Source of the DNA: Acidimicrobiia bacterium
GTDB taxonomy: Bacteria > Actinomycetota > Acidimicrobiia > Spongiisociales > UBA11373
DNA length: 64,000 nt
NCBI GenBank assembly: GCA_040878325.1
Contig: JBBDMM010000016.1
Coordinates: 1 to 64,000, forward strand
Direction of reading: 5' to 3'
The notes beneath the pieces were generated by a model. That model did not search any database, was not told the origin of the DNA, and saw only the letters and a list, made by a program, of their open reading frames with translations. This document shows, one piece after another, positions 27,808 through 36,098 of this stretch. Within the stretch, counting starts at the first letter, position 1. Every line of letters begins with the position of its first letter. The position numbers and the translations under genes were made by a program.

Positions 27808-28476
27808 ATGAACGAGGATGACCGCTCCCTTCGGAACACCACCTACGGATTGTTCGTCGAGCTCGGCAGAGCTCCGACGGTGAGCGATGTCGCCGAAAAG
27901 TTGAACCGGACGCCAGAGGAGGTTGTAGCCGGCTGGCGGCGGCTTCATGCCGACCATGCGTTGGTACTCCAGGACAAGGCGGACGAGATCCGCATGGCCA
28001 ACCCATTCTCGGCGGTACCCACCGCCTACCGAGTACATGCAGACGGTCGATGGTGGTATGCCAACTGCGCCTGGGATGCGTTCGGAGTCCTCGCCGCGCT
28101 CCACGCAGACGGTCACATTGAGGCGTCTTGTCCTGATTGTGGCGACCCGATCGAAATCGAAGTGAAGGCCGGGCGTCCCGACAACGATACGTTGTGGTTC
28201 CACTGCCTTGTCCCTGCCTCGTCGTGGTGGGACGAGATCGCATTCACCTGAAGCACGATGAACCTCTTCCGGTCGGAAGAACACATCGGCCGATGGCTGG
28301 GAGGACGAACTCCAGGAGCCACCATCCCGGTCTCCACATTGAACGAACTCGCCCATGCCTGGTGGAGTGACCGGATCTCCCCGAACTGGCATCCCCGCAC
28401 GCCGGAACAAGGCCAGCGCATCCTCGACGAATTGGGCCTCGACTCCGAGTTCTGGCGCATTCGCAGGCCAGGGTGA
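27808..28476 (+). CDS. Organomercurial lyase MerB-like protein, probable selenoprotein (TGA 28249-28251 read as Sec148)
   Basis: N-terminal HTH, MANPFS, WYANCAWDA (MerB Cys/Asp motif), SCPDCG. ORFs 27763..28251 and 28258..28476 are in the same frame, joined by IAFT-TGA-STMNLFRSEEH; SECIS-like hairpin follows. Confidence 0.8.
28256..28288 (+). promoter_or_regulatory. Bacterial SECIS-like stem-loop
   Basis: CGATG-aacc-TCTTCC-GGTC-GGAAGA-aca-CATCG immediately 3' of the in-frame TGA; apical loop begins with G. Confidence 0.7.
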
Positions 28477-28488
28477 GTAAACCCTCCC

Positions 28489-28518
28489 CTCGGCGAGCGT
28501 ACGTAAATGTCATCAGAG
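28489..28518 (+). repeat. 30-bp cassette-boundary element, copy 1
   Basis: CTCGGCGAGCGTACGTAAATGTCATCAGAG. Confidence 0.85.
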
Positions 28519-28560
28519 GCTGTGCCCCAATCGGGGGCGGCATCTGTCAGGATTGAGCCG

Positions 28561-29235
28561 ATGGAAGTTGAGCTCCGGGCGGGTCCCTTCTCCTATGTCG
28601 ACACCGGCGGCGGCAAGGAAGTGATTCTCCTTCTGCATGCCATGCGCAGGTCGTCCAGTGACTGGCAGCCAATCATCGAGCGGCTTGGGGACACGTACCG
28701 GATGATCGCCCTGGACTTGCGGGGGCACGGCGGCAGTAGCCGACCTGCCAGTTACTCGCTTGAGTTGATGCGAGATGACGTTCGGGACTTCGCCGATGCC
28801 CTCCGACTCTCCCGGTTCCACCTGATCGGACACTCCATGGGAGCCACGGTCGCAATTCTGTTCGCCGAACGATGGCCGAGCCGACTTGACCGCCTGGTGC
28901 TCGAAGACACCCCGCCCCCCTCAGGTCGAGAGCAGGTTTCGGCGCCACCTCCCGAGGCTCCCGAACCAGTGCTGTTCGACTGGGCGGTACTCGGCCCGAT
29001 CATCCACCAACTCAACAACCCAGACCCTGGATGGTGGACCGACCTCCCCAACATCACCGCCCCCACACTCGTCGTCGGAGGCGGCAGCGACAGCTTCATC
29101 GATCAGGGAGAGTTGGCGGACATGGTGAGTCGGATCCCGGACGCACGACTTGTAACGATCGAGGCCGGCCACCATGTGCACAGCACCAAGCCTGACGAGT
29201 TCGCATCAGCCGTCTACGACTTTCTCACCGCGTAG
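28561..29235 (+). CDS. Alpha/beta fold hydrolase
   Basis: LLLHA, DLRGHGGS, GHSMG, GGSD, GHHVH. Confidence 0.92.
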   Translation: MEVELRAGPFSYVDTGGGKEVILLLHAMRRSSSDWQPIIERLGDTYRMIALDLRGHGGSSRPASYSLELMRDDVRDFADALRLSRFHLIGHSMGATVAILFAERWPSRLDRLVLEDTPPPSGREQVSAPPPEAPEPVLFDWAVLGPIIHQLNNPDPGWWTDLPNITAPTLVVGGGSDSFIDQGELADMVSRIPDARLVTIEAGHHVHSTKPDEFASAVYDFLTA

Positions 29236-29260
29236 TGCCCTCGGAGCAAAAGTCGGCCCC

Positions 29261-29290
29261 GTCGGCCACCGTACGTAAAGGTCATCCGAG
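29261..29290 (+). repeat. 30-bp cassette-boundary element, copy 2
   Basis: GTCGGCCACCGTACGTAAAGGTCATCCGAG. Confidence 0.85.
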
Positions 29291-29351
29291 ATCGGGGTCC
29301 TTTGCGGCGACACAGGACCTTGACCCGTGGTGTCGACCAGAATCACGCAGG

Positions 29352-30239
29352 ATGAACGAAGAGCAGTTGGAGAGGCTGCGAGTCGGGAAGGGCTTCATCG
29401 CCGCGCTTGATCAGAGCGGCGGGAGCACACCCGGCGCGCTGGAACACTACGGGATAGCTGAGGCCGGCTTCCCCACCGAGGATGACATGTTCGATCTCAT
29501 CCACGAGATGCGAACTCGCATCATCACGAGTCGGAGCTTCACAGGTGATCGGATCATCGGGGTGATCCTGTTCGAGAGGACAATGGACAGCGAGATCGCT
29601 GGCCGCGCGTCGGCGGAGTACCTCTGGTCGGTCAAGGGTGTCGTTCCGTTCCTCAAAGTCGATCGAGGCCTCGCGGATATGGCCGACGGCAGCCGCCGGA
29701 TGAACCCGATACCGGACCTCGGGTCGCTCCTCGAGCGTGCCACGGAGAAGGGCGTGTTTGGTACCAAGATGCGTTCGCTGGTCAGGCTTGCCGACCCCGG
29801 GGGGGTAAATGCGGTCGTCGACCAGCAAGTCGAGATCGGTTGTCGCATACTCGATGCCGGCCTGATCCCCATCCTCGAACCGGAAGTCGACATAGACAGC
29901 CCACAGAAGTCGGAGGTAGAACTCCTGCTGAAGCACGCTCTGCTGTCGCGTCTCGACGAGCTCTCGTCCAGCCAGTCGGTGATCCTCAAACTCACGCTGC
30001 CCGAGGAGGCCGACCTCTATCGGAGTCTCGTAGAGCACCCGCGAGTCCTCCGGGTGGCAGCCTTGTCGGGAGGGTTTTCACGGGACGAAGCCAATGCACG
30101 TCTTGCGAGCAACAGTGGCGTCGTGGCGAGCTTCTCACGAGCATTCACCGAGGGCCTCCGCTTCGACCAGTCCGACAGTGAGTTCGACGCTGCCCTCGAA
30201 GCGTCCGTGGAGTCGATCTACGAGGCCTCGATCACGTAG
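29352..30239 (+). CDS. Fructose-bisphosphate aldolase class I (Staphylococcus Fda type)
   Basis: GFIAALDQSGGSTP, ILFE, PFLKVD.GL, FGTKMRS, PILEPEV, LKLTLP, ALSGG, ASFSRA. Confidence 0.93.
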   Translation: MNEEQLERLRVGKGFIAALDQSGGSTPGALEHYGIAEAGFPTEDDMFDLIHEMRTRIITSRSFTGDRIIGVILFERTMDSEIAGRASAEYLWSVKGVVPFLKVDRGLADMADGSRRMNPIPDLGSLLERATEKGVFGTKMRSLVRLADPGGVNAVVDQQVEIGCRILDAGLIPILEPEVDIDSPQKSEVELLLKHALLSRLDELSSSQSVILKLTLPEEADLYRSLVEHPRVLRVAALSGGFSRDEANARLASNSGVVASFSRAFTEGLRFDQSDSEFDAALEASVESIYEASIT

Positions 30240-30270
30240 GCGACCCCTGCCCCCAGGCCAGGACCGTCCC

Positions 30271-30300
30271 CTCGGCCAGGGTGCGGGAATGTCACCCGAG
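30271..30300 (+). repeat. 30-bp cassette-boundary element, copy 3
   Basis: CTCGGCCAGGGTGCGGGAATGTCACCCGAG. Confidence 0.85.
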
Positions 30301-30313
30301 AGGGTGTCGTGAG

Positions 30314-30541
30314 TCAGTAGCTGACCGAGGCATCACGCACGATTGCTACAACAACCAGGACCACGAGCGCGTTGGCGGCTGCCAGCGCAAGAGAGCTGAG
30401 AACGCCTGCGAACGAGTCAACCGAACCCTGAGCGAGAACGATTGCGGCCCACGCGAGAGTGACTCCGACGCCGACCAACACCAAGCGTCGTGGGAGCGCG
30501 ATCCCTCCGACCAATGCCAGCAGCAAGACGGTGGGTATCAC
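30314..30541 (-). CDS. Small hydrophobic membrane protein (75 aa)
   Basis: SD AAGGAAG before GTG; three hydrophobic segments; fills the interval between elements 3 and 4. Confidence 0.65.
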   Translation of the reverse strand: MIPTVLLLALVGGIALPRRLVLVGVGVTLAWAAIVLAQGSVDSFAGVLSSLALAAANALVVLVVVAIVRDASVSY

Positions 30542-30600
30542 GCGGCTTCCTTTCCGTACTTCAAGGTACGCCTACTCGGCTCATGGGTGAAGTCGGCGCA

Positions 30601-30630
30601 CTCAGCCAGCGTGCGGAAATGTCATCAGAA
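30601..30630 (+). repeat. 30-bp cassette-boundary element, copy 4
   Basis: CTCAGCCAGCGTGCGGAAATGTCATCAGAA. Confidence 0.85.
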
Positions 30631-30638
30631 GTCGGCGA

Positions 30639-31121
30639 CTATCTGAACTCCCCGGACAGAAGCATCTTCACGGAGCGCCCATCTCGCGAGATCCCCCGGA
30701 ATCCGAAGCGCTCGTAGAGACGGACCGCGGGGTTCCTCTCATCGACCGAGAGACTGCACCGTTCTAACCCGTCCAGAAGCCGTACAAGTAGATCGCTCCC
30801 AACGCCCTGGTTACGGTGATCGGGAATGACCGCGATCGAGAGTTCTGGGGTGGAGTCGTCAATGAAGCCGTAGCCCGGCGCGGAATTGTCGAACAGTCGA
30901 ACCCAGGCCGCACCGATGGCTGTGCCCGAGGCATCCTCGGCGATAACTCCCCGATCACCAGTACGAAGCCCGAAGTCACGGTGATAGGGGGCCAAGTCCG
31001 GTTGATCCAAGACATCTCTCGGGAATGGCTGCATGCCAGACGGCACATACAGCGCCTCATACAGCATCTCGATCAGGAATGGCTCATCACCTGGTGAGGC
31101 GGGGCGAATCGTGTGGGCCAT
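30639..31121 (-). CDS. GNAT family N-acetyltransferase
   Basis: IRPASPGDEPFL.EML, IGAAWVR, PELSIAV..DHRNQGVG, SLSVDERNPAVRLYERFGF. Confidence 0.92.
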   Translation of the reverse strand: MAHTIRPASPGDEPFLIEMLYEALYVPSGMQPFPRDVLDQPDLAPYHRDFGLRTGDRGVIAEDASGTAIGAAWVRLFDNSAPGYGFIDDSTPELSIAVIPDHRNQGVGSDLLVRLLDGLERCSLSVDERNPAVRLYERFGFRGISRDGRSVKMLLSGEFR

Positions 31122-31161
31122 TGCTGCAGCGTAGAGAAACGAGGTGGTGTTCATTACCACC

Positions 31162-31191
31162 CTCCGCCAGCGTGCGGGAATGTCACCCGAG
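31162..31191 (+). repeat. 30-bp cassette-boundary element, copy 5
   Basis: CTCCGCCAGCGTGCGGGAATGTCACCCGAG. Confidence 0.85.
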
Positions 31192-31198
31192 GTGGTGT

Positions 31199-31849
31199 TC
31201 ACTCGTCGAGGAGAGTCGTGACCTGAGGAGACTTGACGAGGCACTGGCCGACGGCGAGCAGCTCGAAGTAGACAGGATTTTTCCCAACCAGGCTTGCCCT
31301 AGTGGTCAGCGAGTCGAGGGCAACGAAAGCTGCTTCCCTGGCCTTGGTGTCGGTCCTGTGAGGATCCCAATGGACACCGCCCATCTTGTTCGAAATGTAC
31401 TGAATCAGGTGCTGGCGCGAGATTCGACTGCCATCAACGACAGCGCATGGCTCGCGCAGGTATCGAGTGAGGGCCCAGGTCACCTCGGGTGGTCCGCGAT
31501 GTGAAGCATGGCGGCGGCGGATCAGTTCCGCGGGCATGACCCCGGCGTACCGGAGAACGGGCCCCACCTCCGCGCCGCCGTGTGTCGCCCCGCCAGCGAC
31601 AGCAAACTGCACCGCCTTCATGGCAAGGCCATCAAGGAACCTGTCCAGATCGGGTGAAGTCACCATGACGGGCCCCCGGAGCCCGAGCTCGGAGCGATAC
31701 CGATTCAGCAGCCCCCCATCATCGATCATGAGGCGTCTCAGTACGGTGCTGTCACGGCGGAGGAAGTCGTCGTCAACCTCCCGAAGAGTCCACGTCGAGC
31801 GCAGATAGCGAAGGTCTGCAACGACTTGGCGAGCGACTTCTGACTCCAC
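31199..31849 (-). CDS. Hypothetical protein (216 aa)
   Basis: Open frame filling the cassette interval; motifs LRRLM and ISNKMGGVHWD; no family recognised. Confidence 0.7.
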   Translation of the reverse strand: MESEVARQVVADLRYLRSTWTLREVDDDFLRRDSTVLRRLMIDDGGLLNRYRSELGLRGPVMVTSPDLDRFLDGLAMKAVQFAVAGGATHGGAEVGPVLRYAGVMPAELIRRRHASHRGPPEVTWALTRYLREPCAVVDGSRISRQHLIQYISNKMGGVHWDPHRTDTKAREAAFVALDSLTTRASLVGKNPVYFELLAVGQCLVKSPQVTTLLDE

Positions 31850-31969
31850 ATGGTCAGGCTATCGGAGCCGACTCCTGCTCGGGTGACCGGCATCCCTGTC
31901 AGCCAGCGTGACCTCATCCGTACACCACGAGGCTGAACGCGACACTGGCGGCGATGTTTCGACATGGGT

Positions 31970-31984
31970 CCCGAGGGGATTCGA
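31970..31984. repeat. Partial duplicate of the tRNA-Glu 3' region (att-like remnant)
   Basis: CCCGAGGGGATTCGA identical to 32219-32233. Confidence 0.6.
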
Positions 31985-32171
31985 CGTTCTCCGCGCAACC
32001 CGCCGACACCTCGACTGCCCCCACGCGCAGTCTCCGAACGCCAGCCGCCAGGCGGACATAAAACAACCCGAACCGAGACGGTGTTAGATCCCGAGTAGGG
32101 ATCGAACACCGCGACCACGGCCGCCATGGGATTGGGGCCCCATCTGGCGGAGGAGGCCGGACCAGCGTCTG

Positions 32172-32192
32172 TTCGGCGGCGAAGCCGCCGAA
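32172..32192 (-). terminator. Hairpin just downstream of tRNA-Glu
   Basis: TTCGGCGGC-GAA-GCCGCCGAA perfect stem. Confidence 0.6.
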
Positions 32193-32211
32193 GTCCGGCC
32201 GGGTATGTAGT

Positions 32212-32287
32212 TGGTAGCCCCGAGGGGATTCGAACCCCCGCTACCGGCTTGAGAGGCCGGCGTCCTAGGCCGCTAGACGACGGGGCC
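32212..32287 (-). tRNA. tRNA-Glu (anticodon CTC)
   Basis: GGCCCCGTCGTCTAGCGGCCTAGGACGCCGGCCTCTCAAGCCGGTAGCGGGGGTTCGAATCCCCTCGGGGCTACCA folds as a cloverleaf with encoded CCA. Confidence 0.97.
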
Positions 32288-32308
32288 ATGCGGTCCACAT
32301 GAACCGCC

Positions 32309-32383
32309 TGGCTCGGGGGGGAGGACTCGAACCCCCAACGACAGGACCAGAACCTGCTGTGTTGCCAATTACACCACCCCCGA
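32309..32383 (-). tRNA. tRNA-Gln (anticodon CTG)
   Basis: TCGGGGGTGGTGTAATTGGCAACACAGCAGGTTCTGGTCCTGTCGTTGGGGGTTCGAGTCCTCCCCCCCGAGCCA; U1-A72 pair consistent with GatCAB recognition. Confidence 0.97.
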
Positions 32384-32448
32384 AGGCGGGCGGAATGGTA
32401 ACGCGTCAGACGTGTCGGGAAACCTGCGGCTTTCGCGTCGGGCCGAAG

Positions 32449-32479
32449 AGCAATTGGCAATAGGCAATTGGCAATTGCG
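32449..32479. repeat. Heptamer array (GCAATWG)n
   Basis: gcaattg gcaatag gcaattg gcaattg. Confidence 0.75.
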
Positions 32480-32531
32480 CGTCAGTCCGCCGTCTGATTC
32501 AACCGGTGCTCGCGAGCAAGCCTTCCTGGCA

Positions 32532-33959
32532 TCAACCTCGGAGGCGGCCCGCGGCTTCCTTTAGGCGTGCCAGGGAACGCTCGCGGCCGAGGGCTTCAAG
32601 GGACTCGAACAGGGGTGGGCTGACCGAGGAGCCGGTGACGGCGACCCGGATCGGTTGGAGGCCCTTGCCGGCAGAGAGGCCGTGCTCGTCGAGCATGCCG
32701 CGAAGGGCCTCCTCGATGGCGCTGGTCGACCAGTCCGCGAGTGCGCCGAGGCGCGCCAGGGCTCCCTCGACCGCGACCACCGCCTCCGGCTTGGTCATGA
32801 CCTTGTCCCACGAACCGGGGTCATATTCGATCGGATCCGTGAACAGGAAGCGGGTCTGCTCGGGAACCTCTGTCAGCAGCTTGGCCCGCTCCTGAATGAG
32901 CGGAGCCACCGCCTCGAACAGGGTGCGCTCACCCGCATCGAGGGTGCGCCCCAGGCCGCCCTCGATCAGCGGCAGCGAGCGCCCGACGAAGTCGGGTACG
33001 GCCATCGCCCGGATGTAGACGCCGTTCATCCACTCGAGCTTGGCGAGGTCGAACACGGCCGGGTTGCTCGAGACGTCGGCGAGGTCGAAACGCTCGACCA
33101 TCGTGTTCAGGGACACGATCTCCTCGTCGGGCCCGGGGGACCACCCGAGGATCGCCAGGTAGTTGCTCATCGCCTCCGGCAGATAGCCCATCTCGCGGTA
33201 AGCCCGCAACGAAGTGTGCCCGTGCCGCTTGGACAGTTTCTTGCCATCGGGCCCGTTGATGAGGGCGAGGTGGGCATAGGTCGCCGCAGGCGCACCCAAT
33301 GCTGTAGTGAGAGCGATGTGTTTCGGGGTCGAAGAGAGAATGTCTTCGCCGCGCACTACGTGGGTGATGCCGAAGTCGACGTCGTCGACGGTCGACGCCA
33401 GGTGGTAGGTGGGCGTTCCATCGGACCGAAGGATGATGAAGTCGTCGACGTCGTCGTGGTCGAACCGCACCGAGCCCCGCACCAGATCCTCGAATTCGGT
33501 TGCGCCAGGCCGAGGCATGGCGAACCGGATCGGCTTGCCCGGCATCACTCCGTCACCGCGGTATTCGCCGCGATAGGCCGGTGAACGATTCTCGGACTGG
33601 GCGGCCTTCCTCGACTCCTCCAGTTGCTCCGCCGTGGCAAGGTCGTAATAGGCGTGGCCCGCGGCGACCATCTGCTCGGCGGCCTGGCGATAACGGTCGA
33701 ACCGCTCGCTCTGCCGGTAGGTGCCATGGAGGCCGCCAACCTCGAGACCCTCGTCCCAATCGAGGCCCATCCAGCGGAGCCCGCTGAGGATGTCCTCGTG
33801 GTACTCCGCCTCGCTGCGCTCGGTGTCGGTGTCGTCGGAGCGCAGGATGAAGGCCCCACCGCGGTTACGCGCAAACAGCCAGTTGTAGAGCGCGGTGCGG
33901 ACTCCTCCGATGTGGAGATGGCCGGTCGGAGACGGGGCGAACCGAACCCGGACCGTCAC
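32532..33959 (-). CDS. gltX: Glutamate--tRNA ligase
   Basis: [34 protein letters not shown]. Confidence 0.97.
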   Translation of the reverse strand: MTVRVRFAPSPTGHLHIGGVRTALYNWLFARNRGGAFILRSDDTDTERSEAEYHEDILSGLRWMGLDWDEGLEVGGLHGTYRQSERFDRYRQAAEQMVAAGHAYYDLATAEQLEESRKAAQSENRSPAYRGEYRGDGVMPGKPIRFAMPRPGATEFEDLVRGSVRFDHDDVDDFIILRSDGTPTYHLASTVDDVDFGITHVVRGEDILSSTPKHIALTTALGAPAATYAHLALINGPDGKKLSKRHGHTSLRAYREMGYLPEAMSNYLAILGWSPGPDEEIVSLNTMVERFDLADVSSNPAVFDLAKLEWMNGVYIRAMAVPDFVGRSLPLIEGGLGRTLDAGERTLFEAVAPLIQERAKLLTEVPEQTRFLFTDPIEYDPGSWDKVMTKPEAVVAVEGALARLGALADWSTSAIEEALRGMLDEHGLSAGKGLQPIRVAVTGSSVSPPLFESLEALGRERSLARLKEAAGRLRG

Positions 33960-34720
33960 GAGCCCGCCACCACCGGATTGGCGAGCGTGCCAATTCGCTC
34001 GATTGTGACCTCGACCCGGTCACCGGGCACGATCGGGCCGACGCCAGCAGGCGTGCCGGTCAGAATCACGTCGCCTGGCAGCAGCGTCATCACCCGGGAG
34101 ATGAACGCGAAGATCTCGGCGACTCCGAACACCATGTCGTAGGTCGAACCCTCCTGGCGTAATTCGCCGTTGACCTCGCAGGTGATCCGCAGACCAGCGG
34201 GGTCGAGCTCGGTCTCGATGGCGGGGCCGAGCGGGCAGAACGAGTCGAACCCCTTGGCCCGGGCCCATTGACCATCCTTCTTCTGCAGGTCGCGGGCACT
34301 CACGTCGTTGCCGGCGGTGTACCCGAGAATGTGAGCGGCGGCGTCCTCGGCGGCCACGTGCCGGCTGACCTTGCCGACCACCACCGCCAGCTCGGCCTCG
34401 TGGTGAACATCCAACGCCTCGCTGGGGAGGACGATGGGAGCACCCGGGCCGATGACCGAGGTGGAGGGCTTGATGAAGATGACCGGATCATCCGGCACCT
34501 GATTGCCCAACTCGGCGGCATGCTCGGCATAGTTCCGCCCGACGCACACCACCTTGGTAGGGAACACCGGCGCAAGAAGATGCGCCTCCTCGAACGGGAT
34601 GATCGTCTCGGTGGGTTCCCAGGCCACGAACGGAGTCCCCCGGTAGACGGTGATCCCCTCAGCCTCGGCCACCCCGTAGACGATCTCGTCACCCTGGATG
34701 CGCACCCGCACGATCTTCAC
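33956..34720 (-). CDS. Fumarylacetoacetate hydrolase family protein
   Basis: [45 protein letters not shown]. Confidence 0.95.
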   Translation of the reverse strand: MKIVRVRIQGDEIVYGVAEAEGITVYRGTPFVAWEPTETIIPFEEAHLLAPVFPTKVVCVGRNYAEHAAELGNQVPDDPVIFIKPSTSVIGPGAPIVLPSEALDVHHEAELAVVVGKVSRHVAAEDAAAHILGYTAGNDVSARDLQKKDGQWARAKGFDSFCPLGPAIETELDPAGLRITCEVNGELRQEGSTYDMVFGVAEIFAFISRVMTLLPGDVILTGTPAGVGPIVPGDRVEVTIERIGTLANPVVAGS

Positions 34721-35166
34721 GACTCGCCGCCACTCCCCCCCATCGGGCCCATCAGCACGTCGCGGGGAATCGCCTCCACCAGGCGCCGGAGGCGCGAGTG
34801 GTCATGAGCGATACCGGAGACTGCTTCGGCACCGGCGGGCAGGTCGAGCAGGCCGATGGCTAGATCGATGTCGGGGCCTACAGGTGCGCGGCCGAGTGCA
34901 GACGACCGGGCGCTGATGATGGCCATCAAGGCCGCTTCGACGTCATCCTGCAGACCTGCTGGGACCTCGATGGCGCGGCGGCGAAGCAGCCTGAGGGCGT
35001 ACCCGGTGTCGGGCCCGGGCGTCCCAAACGGCCCACCCCAGGGAACTTGTTCCGGCGATACGAGGTCTCCAGGCCGATCGGGCCGCCACCGACGGGCTGC
35101 CGCCGGCTTGGCGGTGGCCCGGGGCAGGTCGGCGACAGTTATCGGGATGTTCGGTTGCTGACCCAC
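34717..35166 (-). CDS. Hypothetical protein
   Basis: Couples to the downstream gene by GTGA overlap; motifs [26 protein letters not shown]. Confidence 0.7.
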   Translation of the reverse strand: MGQQPNIPITVADLPRATAKPAAARRWRPDRPGDLVSPEQVPWGGPFGTPGPDTGYALRLLRRRAIEVPAGLQDDVEAALMAIISARSSALGRAPVGPDIDLAIGLLDLPAGAEAVSGIAHDHSRLRRLVEAIPRDVLMGPMGGSGGES

Positions 35167-35174
35167 CAGAACTC

Positions 35175-36089
35175 CTACGCGTACTCGAGCCAGTGACGGT
35201 ACGGCTCGAGTTCGCCGGTGACCGCCTCCTTGAACAATTGCTGAGCGCGCCTCGTGATCGGGCCGGGGCGGCCCTCGCCGACCGGCCGATCGTCGATCTC
35301 GCGGATCGGGGTCACCTCGGCGGCCGTGCCGGTGAAGAACGCCTCGTCGGCGTAGTACAGGTCAGAGCGGGTCACCTGGGCCTCGATCACCTCGTATCCG
35401 TCGTCGGCGAGGAGCTTCATCACCGTGTCCCTGGTGATCCCCTCGAGCGCCCCGGCCGTGCTCGGCGGCGTCGACACCGTGCGGTCCCTCACCAGGAAGA
35501 CGTTCTGCCCGCTCCCCTCGGCGACGTAGCCCGCGTAGTTGAGCATGAGCGCCTCGTCGTAGCCGGCGGTGACGGCCTCCTGTTTGGCGAGCACGCTGTT
35601 GATGTATTGGCCGGTCCCCTTGGCGTTGGGGATGAGCGCCTCGTGGCCGATGCGGCGCCAGGACGACACCCGCACCCGCGCCCCGTCCTCGAGCGCGCTC
35701 TTGCCGAGATAAGCGCCCCACTCCCACGCGGCGATCGAAGTGTGGCTGATGGCTCCGGTGGGGTTGAGGCCCAGCGAACCGGCACCGAGGAACACGATCG
35801 GGCGCAGATAACAGACGTGCATCTCGTTCGCCCTGACGAGCTCGAGGGCCGCCTTCGAAAGATCCTCGACGGTGTAGGGCAACGGAATCCGGAACGCCTT
35901 GGCCGAGTGGACCATGCGGCGCATGTGGTCGCCGAGACGAAAAGCGGCCGCTCCTTCCGACGTGTGATAGACGCGAATCCCCTCGAACACCCCGGTCCCG
36001 TAATGGAGTCCGTGGGCGAGCACATGGACGGTCGCTTGCTCCCACGGAACGAGTTCGCCGTCGAACCAGATGAAGCGGGTGGGTTCCAT
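35175..36089 (-). CDS. ilvE: Branched-chain amino acid aminotransferase
   Basis: HGLHYGTGVFEGIR, YLRP, AKGTGQY, EGSGQN, LEGITR, FTGTAAEVTP. Confidence 0.96.
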   Translation of the reverse strand: MEPTRFIWFDGELVPWEQATVHVLAHGLHYGTGVFEGIRVYHTSEGAAAFRLGDHMRRMVHSAKAFRIPLPYTVEDLSKAALELVRANEMHVCYLRPIVFLGAGSLGLNPTGAISHTSIAAWEWGAYLGKSALEDGARVRVSSWRRIGHEALIPNAKGTGQYINSVLAKQEAVTAGYDEALMLNYAGYVAEGSGQNVFLVRDRTVSTPPSTAGALEGITRDTVMKLLADDGYEVIEAQVTRSDLYYADEAFFTGTAAEVTPIREIDDRPVGEGRPGPITRRAQQLFKEAVTGELEPYRHWLEYA

Positions 36090-36098
36090 GTAGTCCCC

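Noticed and set aside
27808..28476. Pseudogene (nonsense mutation) or part of a mer operon
   Set aside because: The stop falls at the expected second Cys position with a SECIS-like hairpin and an intact downstream frame; no merA, merR or merT adjacent.
28489..31191. CRISPR array or classical integron interpretation of the 30-bp repeats
   Set aside because: Intervals are 300-980 bp and each holds a whole gene; no cas genes; no attC core ends or long hairpin; no intI in the window.
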